Below are positions 8,932-17,099 of a stretch of 20,291 nt of DNA, one piece after another. Source of the stretch: an uncultured Deinococcales bacterium (GTDB lineage: Bacteria > Deinococcota > Deinococci > Deinococcales > JAAFIG01); contig CAXTTL010000022.1 of NCBI GenBank assembly GCA_964247135.1, forward strand, positions 13,612 to 33,902, given 5' to 3'. Position numbers and translations under genes: made by a program. The notes under the pieces were generated by a model. That model did not search any database and was not told the origin of the DNA. It saw only the letters and a program-made list of their open reading frames with translations. The stretch's first letter is position 1; every line of letters begins with the position of its first letter.

Positions 8932-9408
8932 TCACTCTCGGCTTGGTGGGTCGCTCGAGCCTGGAATCGCACGGGCAAGCGGGAAACCCTTGGTTGGCAT
9001 GGGCGTAAAATTGAAGCCCACAGGGCGTTCGCTGGCTCGGGTTTCGCTGTTCATGACAAAGGCTTCAAAGGCATCGACGCCATTGGCAGTGATGTGAATG
9101 TGCAAACCCGAGGCTGGAATCAATGACTTCTCGAGCGACTCTGGCGGCAGCATGGTCAACAGTTGCCGTTCGACCAGGTAATACACGGCTGCCCGGGTTT
9201 CGGTCGGGTTGATCGGGTCGGTGCTGAAATCCACAGGTACGGTTGTGACGTCATCGTCGGCATCGAGCGGCACTCGAGCGACATCGGGCGGGGCAACGAG
9301 GTTCAATTCTGCCACGTCGATGTAATCGCTGGGCGCTTGAACGAAAGTTTTGTAGGCGGCATTGAGCAGCCGCAACCGCAGTTCTTGTTGCCGATGAACT
9401 AAATCCAT
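8932..9408 (-). CDS. Hypothetical protein, possible winged-helix fold
   Basis: 158-aa ORF with a leaderless-type promoter (TAGACT-5 nt-ATG). Pattern 'AVYYLVERQLL...IHITANGVDAFE' is wHTH-like. C-terminal RPVGF. Confidence 0.65.
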   Translation of the reverse strand: MDLVHRQQELRLRLLNAAYKTFVQAPSDYIDVAELNLVAPPDVARVPLDADDDVTTVPVDFSTDPINPTETRAAVYYLVERQLLTMLPPESLEKSLIPASGLHIHITANGVDAFEAFVMNSETRASERPVGFNFTPMPTKGFPLARAIPGSSDPPSRE

Positions 9409-9523
9409 GTGTCAGTCTACCGCAGTTGTCAGAATCGATGAGCGATTCAACGAGCAAGGCGACAAGATTAAACATGTGTTGACCATCAAAGAACCAAAAT
9501 AATTCTTTAAAAACATCAAACCC

Positions 9524-9615
9524 GTAGGGTGCGCTCCTTGACCATAAAATGCACCTGTCTTGACCCCAAGACGCACCATGATCACGTCGCCGACGGTGCG
9601 CAAGGCGCACCCTAC
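9524..9615. repeat. REPIN-like pair of inverted GTAG-family REP palindromes
   Basis: Begins GTAGGGTGCGC and ends GGTGCGCAAGGCGCACCCTAC (reverse complement GTAG-GGTGCGC-CTT-GCGCACC). Confidence 0.75.
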
Positions 9616-9648
9616 CAAACTCGAGCTTGCCCTCTCTGCCATCTGCCC

Positions 9649-10077
9649 TTAAGCGTGTCGTCCTTTCCAAGCCCTGGCACTTCTGGCACGGTGGTGTTTG
9701 ACGCGCTTTGAGGGGTCGATCAATTGTTCCCTGGGGTCTTCACGGTCTTTGGACACCAAAATCGCCACGCGTTCGCGGGAAATCACGCGGTAAGGGTTTT
9801 CTGGAATAAACGCCGTGACCACGTCCAGCCAGCGATACAAGCTGTAATCGACCACCACATGAAGCGGGATTTTGATGGTGCTGACGCAAATATAGCCCAA
9901 TATCAGCATCCTCGAGTCCTCGGGGTAGACCGCAATTTCACGTCCGCGCTCGAGGGTCGCCACGATGTCGGCTTCGGTGAAACCTTCACTGATGGCGTGC
10001 CGTGCAGCGTGGGGTTTGATGCTGTAACGTCCAGCCCAGATGAGGTCTTGTAAATCGAATAAGGAGTGTCTCGCCAT
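9649..10077 (-). CDS. DUF4258-family protein (putative RNase toxin-like)
   Basis: Start re-called at ATG 10077 (GGGAGG RBS). Pattern 'HAARHAISEGFTEADI...G.EIAVYPED.RMLILG...PLHVVVD...VVTAFIP' matches my recollection of DUF4258. Basic C-terminal tail. Confidence 0.72.
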   Translation of the reverse strand: MARHSLFDLQDLIWAGRYSIKPHAARHAISEGFTEADIVATLERGREIAVYPEDSRMLILGYICVSTIKIPLHVVVDYSLYRWLDVVTAFIPENPYRVISRERVAILVSKDREDPREQLIDPSKRVKHHRARSARAWKGRHA

Positions 10078-10114
10078 AAAAGCCTCCCAATAAAACCTGT
10101 GCCACGCGATTTTT

Positions 10115-10150
10115 AAGAAAAAAGCCTCGCGCACCAAAGGTGCGGGAGGC
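10115..10150 (-). terminator. Rho-independent terminator or attenuator
   Basis: Minus strand reads GCCTCCCGCACC-TTT-GGTGCGCGAGGC-TTTTTTCTT, ending about 37 nt before the DUF4258 start codon. Confidence 0.8.
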
Positions 10151-10214
10151 GAGTTTTGAAATCACGTAACCTTAACAGGTCATGTCAGAACTATACACGA
10201 AAGCGTCTTACGAA

Positions 10215-10297
10215 GATGTGAAATCACCTCGTCATCGGGATGTCAAATCACCTCGTCATCGGGATGTGGAATCACCATATCATCAGGCTGTGAATTC
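10215..10297. repeat. 24-bp tandem repeat, 3 full copies plus a degenerate partial copy
   Basis: GATGTGAAATCACCTCGTCATCGG / GATGTCAAATCACCTCGTCATCGG / GATGTGGAATCACCATATCATCAG / GCTGTGAATTC. Confidence 0.9.
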
Positions 10298-12678
10298 TCG
10301 AGCTTCGAGGCTGCCACGTTTTAAAAATCTTTCAAGCTCGAGCGCGGACATCGCGGGAGCGTACAACCAACCTTGAACTTTGTCGCAACCCAAAGCGTGC
10401 AGCGTCTCGAGTTGGGCTTTGGTTTCGACCCCTTCGGCAATCGTGTCCATGCCAAATTCGCTGGCAATGGAGACAATCGCCGCCACCAAAGCGCGGGTGT
10501 CTCGGGCGCTGCCCAGGGCGTGAACGAATGACCGATCCAGTTTGAGGGTATCGAAGGTCAAACGGTTCAAGTACGACAAACTCGAGTAACCGCTGCCAAA
10601 ATCGTCCAATGCCAAACGAATTCCCTGGGCACGAAGTTGCGCGATTTTAGCGGCGGTTTCATCAAAACGGTTGACCAGTACACTTTCCAGCAGCTCGAGG
10701 CTCAGTCGTTCGGGTGGCAACTTGGTGCTGGAAAGGGTTGCTGGACGATGCTGACAAAATCTGGGCGCTCAAACTGTGCGGTGCTGACGTTGACGCTGAC
10801 CCGCAAATCGTATTCTTCCCAGAGCACCAGTTGCTTGCAAGCCTCCTGCAAAATCCAGTTGCCCAGTGGTACGATCAAACCGCATTCTTCGGCGATTGGA
10901 ATAAACTGATCTGGTAGGCGCAGCACCTGAAGGTCATTCCAGCGCACCAACGCCTCGAGCGCCACAATTTGCCCCGTTTGAATCTCGAGAATCGGTTGGT
11001 AATAGACCCGAAATGAATTGCCAGGGTCGGTTTCCAGGGCGCGGCGCAAAGCGCGTTCAGTCTCGAGGCGCAGGGTGGTGTTGGCGTCAATGTCTGGTGA
11101 GTACAAACGCCAGCCCACACCCTCGCGTTTGGCTCGGTACATGGCGCTGTCGGCATGTTTTTGCAAACTGGTGGCGTCCAGACCATCGTTTGGCGCAAGG
11201 CTGATGCCGACGCTGGCGCCCAAGAAAAAATCGGCATCGCCGACCCGCAAGGCGCTCGAGAGGCTTTGGATGAGGTTGTCTGCGGTCTGTTCGGCTTGGG
11301 CGACCGCCATTGCGGGCGCGAGTTTTGAAAGCACCAAAGAAAATTCGTCGCCGCCCAAACGCGCCAGGAAACCATTTTCGGGAATGCAAGCCTTGAAGCG
11401 CCCTGTCACCTGGCGCAGAACCTCATCGCCAATCGGATGCCCGAGCGTGTCGTTGATGTCCTTGAAGTGATCCAAATCGATGTACAAGACTGCCAGGCAC
11501 AGGTTTGAAGTGCGCTGCAACTCGAGCATCCGGTTGAGGTGGCGTTCATTAAACACTCGGTTGGGTAAACCCGTCAGGGCATCGTGCAAGGTCTGAAACT
11601 CGAGGTCTGCGGTTCTGGCGCTCACCCGAGCCTCGAGTTCGTTGGAGAGTTTTTGCAGTTGAGCATTGCTTTGCTCGAGGTGCATGGTCAGCACGATTTG
11701 GCGGGCGATGACGGCAAGAAAAATCAGTCCGGTAATGATTTCTGTGCCGATACGTTGCAGCGCTGCAAACCCTTGCGAGAACAACAACAACGGAAAGATC
11801 AAGACCAGTGCCATGTACGCGCCGTAACGAATCAAGAGGGTGTTGGTTCGGGTTTGCAACTGTACGGCTGAAGGCTCGAACAGGCTGCCCCTTGCCGCAA
11901 TCACGATCATCAACGACCCCCAAGCCCAACCGCTCTCGAGCGGATGCGATTCGGGCAGCGGCGGAAAAAAACAACGCGCCAGAAAGTAACCGTCGGCGAC
12001 CAACCAACCGATCAAACCCAGCATCAGCCAACGCAGTTCAACCCCCAAACTCGAGCGTTCCCACCTGGCAATGTTGGTGATCAGTAACGCCAGGGCGAGC
12101 AGGTCATAAATTGGGTAGGTCATGGCGAGCGAGACTTCAAAACTCAGACCGTTGCTTTTGGCATAATGCGCCAAAATGGCTGGCGCGAGCACAAAAAACC
12201 AGATGAATCCCGAAATCGTCATGACAATAATGCTCGAGTCGAGCACGGCACGTAAACCGTCGAGTCGTTTGAGGGCAACGTGCGGCAAACGAAAAAAACC
12301 GTAAACCATCACCATTGGGGTCAGTGACAAGAAGACGTCGGCAATTGACGGAAACGCGGTGATGTTCAAAACGCCCTTAAAAAGTTGATACAGAATCGTG
12401 CCAATCGTGTACAACCCCAGCGCCAACGCCAAATAACGCCAAGGCAAACTTGCACGCTTTGAGTGCTGACGGGAAATCAAAGCCACCGCCAAAGCCGCGA
12501 ACAATGTCGGTAAGACTCGAGCCACGCCTTCGACCAAAACATTGTCAGCGATCTTGTAAAAGGTGATGAATGACCAAATTTGCTGAACCAGGGCAAACAA
12601 AACCGTCAAAACCGTTAAATTTTGAATCCAAGGTGAAACGGTTCGAGCGCTCGATTGGACTTGCATTGGCAGTATCAT
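10283..12678 (-). pseudogene. Membrane-sensor GGDEF-EAL protein with a frameshift in the EAL domain (or an assembly error)
   Basis: ORF 10702-12678 has about 9-10 TM helices, GGDEF and EALVRW. ORF 10283-10720 has DDFGSGYSS, LKLDRSF, AEGVE and QGW. Adding 1 nt near 10738 restores ...VQQTLSSTKLPPERLSLELLES. Confidence 0.85.
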
Positions 12679-12853
12679 TCTAACCCAGCGTCAAGGTTCT
12701 GGTGTGGCATGGGTACTATTGGACTGTGAACGGCATCCGCACTTCAAAACCCGAGTTGATTTCTTGGAATTCAGCCTTGCTCAGGGCGGCGCTGGAAGAT
12801 CGGGCTTTACGGCAAGGCTTGGTGGATTATCAACTCCCAGCCCAGTTTCGAGG

Positions 12854-12999
12854 TGATCTGATACGGAATTAACGAGAACACTCCGTTATTCCGCTTCGCT
12901 CCATAACTCCGTTAACCTCGTTGATTCCGTACTTTTGCCACTCCCGTTGGTCGGGGGAACAGTCGATAAAGCATGACTGTTCCCCGCAATTTGATCTGA
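12854..12999. repeat. Structured intergenic element resembling Deinococcus small non-coding repeats / MITE-like
   Basis: 15-bp inverted repeat 12862-12876 / 12917-12931 (1 mismatch). Second hairpin GGGGAACAGTC-N10-GACTGTTCCCC. Flanking 8-bp direct repeat TGATCTGA at 12854 and 12992. Confidence 0.6.
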
Positions 13000-13325
13000 G
13001 TCACTTCTTGAGGCTTCGACTTGGTGTTTGAAGTCCAGGCTTCAAACTTATCATCTCGAGTGAATCAATTCATGTATACTGTTTGCATAAAAATACAGTT
13101 GCCTGCATAAGTCTGTACTCAATCCAATATGAGTCAACTGACATCGTGAAGTTCACTGTTTAGTATTCAATAACGAAAGCATTGTACCCTGAATGAGTAA
13201 CAACTTTACACATCAAACACACACTCGGATTCATTACCCTGCGCGTGTGAGTTGCAGTATTCGTTTTCTTATGCAACCCCGCCATTGCCAACCACCAGGC
13301 AAACGCCTGAAACCAAGGAGATAAA

Positions 13326-13622
13326 ATGATTAACAAAAAATTTGTCAAATCCCGCAACGTTACCAAAGTCAGCTTTGAACCCAGCGAGATCGACGCCGAC
13401 ACCATCGCCCTGATCGCCGACTTCACCGACTGGCAACCGCTCGAGGTGCCAAAACTCAAAAACGGCAAGTGGAAACTCGAGCAAGACCTCGAGCCAGGGC
13501 AGAGTTACGAATTCCGTTACCTGCTCTCCAAAGGCGACAACACCTGGTTTGACAACGACAACGGTGCAGACCGCTTCGTGCCAAACGCACACGGCACGCA
13601 AAACGCTGTACTGGACTGCTAA
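13326..13622 (+). CDS. Isoamylase early-set / CBM48-like glycogen-binding small protein
   Basis: AAGGAG RBS. Motifs 'IADFTDW', 'KNGKWKL..DLEPGQSYEFRYL', 'WFDND..ADRFVPN.HG..NAV'. Confidence 0.85.
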   Translation: MINKKFVKSRNVTKVSFEPSEIDADTIALIADFTDWQPLEVPKLKNGKWKLEQDLEPGQSYEFRYLLSKGDNTWFDNDNGADRFVPNAHGTQNAVLDC

Positions 13623-13769
13623 AATTCACCAACCCCAAAACCTCGGGTGGGGAGTTGTTACTGGCAACCCATTCGAGGCTTTGTTTTATTGCGTGTGGCA
13701 AGATGCTTTAGTGCTTTGTTCATCAGATAACCAAGGAAAATTGTGCTTTGGGCTTATAATCCTCTAAAC

Positions 13770-14285
13770 GTGAACACCGACTTTTATCCCCGTCCCGTCA
13801 AACTCGAGGACGTACAGAATGTTCAAGCTTTATACAAGCGCTCAAGGCGCTACTTTGACATTATCGCCGCCGAAATTCCCAATCAATTCGATGTCAGCCG
13901 CGAACTTGAGAGTGCTTTGGGCGACGCGCGGCGTCACCTCGAGTTGTACTTTAAAGAGAATCTTCCCGAACCCTTTGGCTACCTGGATTTGAAATTCGAT
14001 TACCCACAATCTGGCGATGCGACCATCAATTTGCTGCTGATCGCCGAGGACGTGCAATCGAGCGGTTTTGGCTCAAAAATTGTCACCAACCTCGAACGGC
14101 GTCTGAACGACGGCACGTTCACTCCACGCCGTGTGCATCGCCTGCTGGCAGGGATTTACGGCGAAAACCCTGGCGCGGTCAAATTCTGGGAGCGCCTTGG
14201 CTATCATTTTGCCGTCGATGCCCGCCCCGTCCTGGCGTGGTACGCCAAAGAACTTGTGCCTGGCAACCTCGAGATAACCCGTTAG
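13770..14285 (+). CDS. GNAT family N-acetyltransferase
   Basis: GTG start 9 nt after TATAAT (13755-13760). Motif A 'LLLIAEDVQSSGFGSKI' and motif B 'NPGAVKFWERLGY'. Confidence 0.85.
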   Translation: MNTDFYPRPVKLEDVQNVQALYKRSRRYFDIIAAEIPNQFDVSRELESALGDARRHLELYFKENLPEPFGYLDLKFDYPQSGDATINLLLIAEDVQSSGFGSKIVTNLERRLNDGTFTPRRVHRLLAGIYGENPGAVKFWERLGYHFAVDARPVLAWYAKELVPGNLEITR

Positions 14286-14294
14286 AATGATGCC

Positions 14295-14711
14295 ATGATT
14301 GCCAGTTTGCAGCTCGAGACGACCGACCTCGAGCGCGTTAAAACCTTGCTGATGCCGAATTTGCAACCAAACTCGAGCGCGTTTTTGCGTGTGAGCAACG
14401 GTTGGACGCAAGTTTATTTTGATCAATTCTTGGATGCTGGCGACAAGGATGATTTTGAATCCGTGGCTCGAGGCTTCTCAAATTTTGCCTTGACGGTTTC
14501 GTGCTTCGGCGAAAAAATCCCAGCACAAATCAAAAGTTTTCGTCACAATCTCGAGGTTGCCACAACCGTCAAACCCGAGCAGCCCGATTTGGGTTTTGAA
14601 GATTTGCAAGCACTCGAGGACGCAGGCACACTTGAGAATTACGAGAAACTCGAGCTTGAGGCGGACAAACCAGGATTAGCCGAATTTTTTGGGAGAAGCA
14701 CGGATGAATAA
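14295..14711 (+). CDS. Hypothetical acidic protein (138 aa)
   Basis: TAGAAT-6 nt-ATG leaderless arrangement. Stop overlaps the argB start. Confidence 0.7.
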   Translation: MIASLQLETTDLERVKTLLMPNLQPNSSAFLRVSNGWTQVYFDQFLDAGDKDDFESVARGFSNFALTVSCFGEKIPAQIKSFRHNLEVATTVKPEQPDLGFEDLQALEDAGTLENYEKLELEADKPGLAEFFGRSTDE

Positions 14712-15477
14712 CACGTTGAATGACATTTTGGTCGTCAAATACGGCGGCAACGCCATGAAAACCCTCGAGCTTCGTCGAGCAGTTTCCAAAGAGATTGCCA
14801 TTTTGCGCCGCACCCGTCCCGTCGTGGTCGTGCACGGTGGCGGACCCGTGATCGAGGCAAACTTAAAACGCCTCGGGATCGAAAGCCACTTCTTGCGCGG
14901 TTTGCGCGTCACCACGCCCGAGGCGCTCGAGGTGATCGAAGCCAGCCTGACCAAACTCTCCAAAGAACTCTCGCAAGACATCGGCAACAGCATCGGTTTG
15001 ACCGGACGCGACTCGAACTTGCTGCTTGGCGTGCCGCTCGAGCCAGAATTTGGACGGGTTGGACGGGTCCAAACGGTCAACACGGTTTTGATTCACAAGA
15101 TTCTTGGGGCTGGTTTTACGCCAGTGATCGGCTGCATTGCCGTTGAAGACACTGGCGAACCTTTGAATGTCAACGCAGATTGGGCGGCGGGAGCGGTGGC
15201 TGGCGCTTTAAACTCGAGCATCGTGTTTTTGACCGACGTGCCAGGGGTCATGCGCGATAAGGACGATCCCAGCACCCTTACATCCAACCTGAACGCGCTC
15301 GAGACACGGGCTTGGATTGAGCAGGGCGTTATTGCCGGCGGCATGATTCCCAAAGTTGAGGCGGCGCTGTACGCCATCGGGCGCGGCGCAAAAACCGCGA
15401 CCATCGCCTCTGGAATGCAGGCGGGAATACTCGAGCGAGCCGCGAATGGTACGGCGGGAACGACCCTACGCGCATGA
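14704..15477 (+). CDS. argB: Acetylglutamate kinase
   Basis: [34 protein letters not shown] and GGMIPKV motifs. Start re-called at ATG 14704. Confidence 0.9.
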   Translation: MNNTLNDILVVKYGGNAMKTLELRRAVSKEIAILRRTRPVVVVHGGGPVIEANLKRLGIESHFLRGLRVTTPEALEVIEASLTKLSKELSQDIGNSIGLTGRDSNLLLGVPLEPEFGRVGRVQTVNTVLIHKILGAGFTPVIGCIAVEDTGEPLNVNADWAAGAVAGALNSSIVFLTDVPGVMRDKDDPSTLTSNLNALETRAWIEQGVIAGGMIPKVEAALYAIGRGAKTATIASGMQAGILERAANGTAGTTLRA

Positions 15478-15953
15478 ACGCCAATTTCCGCATTGGTGCC
15501 GGCGAAGATGCCCACAGGCTCGAGGTTGGACGAAGGCTGGTGATCGCTGGCATCACCGTGCCGGACTCTCCCGTTGGCGCGGTGGCGCATTCGGACGGCG
15601 ATGTGGTCTTGCACACCGTCAGCGATGCCTTGCTCTCGAGCCTGGCATTGGGCGACATCGGAAAATTCTTCCCAGACACGTCCCCAGAATGGCAGGGGAT
15701 GGACTCGAGCATTATCTTGAAAGCCGCGCTCGAGAAAGTGCAGTCTTTGGGTTGGGAAATTGTGAATTTGGCGCTGGTGGTCACGCTGGACAAACCCAAA
15801 CTCGGCGCACTGCGCGACCTGATGGCGGCGAACCTCGCCAAACTCCTGAACCTCGAGCCAAGCAATGTCGGAATCGGTTTTAAAACCTCCGAAGGACTTG
15901 CGCCAAACCACATTCAAGCCCGAGCCACGGTCTTGCTCGAGAAACGCCCTTAA
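15474..15953 (+). CDS. ispF: 2-C-methyl-D-erythritol 2,4-cyclodiphosphate synthase
   Basis: [30 protein letters not shown] and KTSEGL motifs. ATGA overlap with argB. Confidence 0.95.
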   Translation: MNANFRIGAGEDAHRLEVGRRLVIAGITVPDSPVGAVAHSDGDVVLHTVSDALLSSLALGDIGKFFPDTSPEWQGMDSSIILKAALEKVQSLGWEIVNLALVVTLDKPKLGALRDLMAANLAKLLNLEPSNVGIGFKTSEGLAPNHIQARATVLLEKRP

Positions 15954-15968
15954 ACTCAAAGTGGTTCG

Positions 15969-16448
15969 TTAGGAACGCCACGGAAGCCACATGGCTTCTT
16001 CATTGGGCAGCGCGTGTCCAGCAGTCTTGAGGGCAATCAAAATCTGTCCTCGGTGGTGCGCCTCGTGCACCAGCATGTGAAGCAGGAAAGCACCCACGCT
16101 CTCGTGTGGCAGACTGCCCGTGGTGGTGGCAAGCTCAGCCGTCGTCAGGGCAGCGTCTCGGGTTTGGGTCATGACCGATTTGATGCGCTCCAGGTTTGTC
16201 TCGGCGTCGAACATGCCCGTGCTGGGATCGTAATTGGAATACAGGTCGGGCAGGTCTTTTAAACCGCTCGCCTCGAGTTCTGTGCCCCAACCTTTGATGC
16301 ACTCGGTCATGTGCGCCAGCTGTTGCGCCACGCTGTAGCCTCCACCAGGGGTGACCGCCTCGAGCATGGCGGGCGTGAGGTGTGCCAGGAGTTCATTGTT
16401 GGCGGCGTTGTTGGCAGCCCAGGCTTTGCTGATCTCAATATGAATCAT
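15969..16448 (-). CDS. DinB/YfiT family metalloprotein
   Basis: Start re-called at ATG 16448 (AAAGGAG RBS). 'SVAQQLAHM' and 'HEAHHRGQ' His motifs. Confidence 0.88.
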   Translation of the reverse strand: MIHIEISKAWAANNAANNELLAHLTPAMLEAVTPGGGYSVAQQLAHMTECIKGWGTELEASGLKDLPDLYSNYDPSTGMFDAETNLERIKSVMTQTRDAALTTAELATTTGSLPHESVGAFLLHMLVHEAHHRGQILIALKTAGHALPNEEAMWLPWRS

Positions 16449-16479
16449 GGTGCTCCTTTGTTTTGCTGTTGACATAATT

Positions 16480-16508
16480 AATCTAAACCATTTCGGCATT
16501 TCCTGCAA
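16480..16508 (-). promoter_or_regulatory. Sigma70-type promoter of the DinB-family gene
   Basis: TTGCAG-17 nt-TAGATT on the minus strand. Confidence 0.55.
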
Positions 16509-16681
16509 TCAAAATCAGAAAAACTCGTCTCTCACGGATTCTTGTTTCAAGCTCGAGTTTTATATTCTGAGCCTGAGATTTCAGCTTGCTGCCATTTCAA
16601 TTTAGTTTTTCAGGGAATACAAACATCGCAAGTCCAGGTAGAGCCAAGAGTGCGTTGGTTTAAAACCGCATATTCGCGCAG

Positions 16682-16733
16682 TTGACAAAAGTGGTACTCG
16701 GTGATACAACTTAGCAGTAGTCTGTGGCACTAC
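16682..16733 (+). promoter_or_regulatory. Promoter and likely PadR auto-operator
   Basis: TTGACA-17 nt-TACAAC with upstream TG. Dyad GTAG-N9-CTAC at 16717-16733 lies near the expected start site. Confidence 0.55.
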
Positions 16734-16769
16734 ATACCAGATCAAATTACCCAGAACGGAGGCATCACC

Positions 16770-17099
16770 CTGGAAAACCTCACGGAAATGCTAAAAGGTG
16801 TCCTCGAGGGTTGCGTGCTCGAGATCATCAGCCGCGATCAAACCTACGGCTATGAAATCGCATCGTCCCTGCGCACGCTCGGCTTCGTGGAAGTCGTGGA
16901 AGGTACTGTATACACGATTCTGCTTCGGCTCGAGAAAAACGAACTCGTCGAGATCGAGACAAAACCGTCCACCAAGGGTCCACCCAGAAAGTTCTACTCG
17001 CTGAACGGGGCGGGTCGTGCAGAACTCGCTAAGTTCTGGGCGAAATGGGATTTCGTCTCACTCAAAATCAATCAGTTGAAGGAGAAATCAAATGCTTGA
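16770..17099 (+). CDS. PadR family transcriptional regulator (probable CTG start)
   Basis: GGAGG-7 nt-CTG. Motifs (M)ENLTEMLKGVLEGCVL, TYGYEI, EGTVYTILLRLEK and GPPRKFYSL. Confidence 0.92.
   Translation: MENLTEMLKGVLEGCVLEIISRDQTYGYEIASSLRTLGFVEVVEGTVYTILLRLEKNELVEIETKPSTKGPPRKFYSLNGAGRAELAKFWAKWDFVSLKINQLKEKSNA

Noticed and set aside
9412-9642. 76-aa minus-strand ORF as antitoxin of DUF4258
   Set aside because: It runs through the REPIN element, has no CxxC pairs or HTH, and has no clear RBS.
10208-10285. Selenocysteine or programmed read-through at periodic in-frame TGA codons
   Set aside because: The gene ends in a double TGA after a complete EAL domain, no SECIS-like hairpin is evident, and repeat duplication explains the periodicity.
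10215-10297. CRISPR array
   Set aside because: The repeats are head-to-tail with no unique spacers, and there are no cas genes in the window.
10182-10376. Plus-strand 64-aa ORF with DVKSPRHR repeats
   Set aside because: It is a by-product of the 24-bp repeat, overlaps the EAL gene antisense and has no convincing RBS.
13150-13325. c-di-GMP riboswitch near the GGDEF-EAL gene
   Set aside because: I could not find the conserved class I or class II aptamer motifs by eye; an Infernal/Rfam scan would be decisive.
15093-15959. 288-aa minus-strand ORF and other long antisense ORFs (8289-8978, 1778-2413, 17742-18359)
   Set aside because: They are shadows of well-supported genes on the opposite strand or in another frame and show no recognisable motifs.
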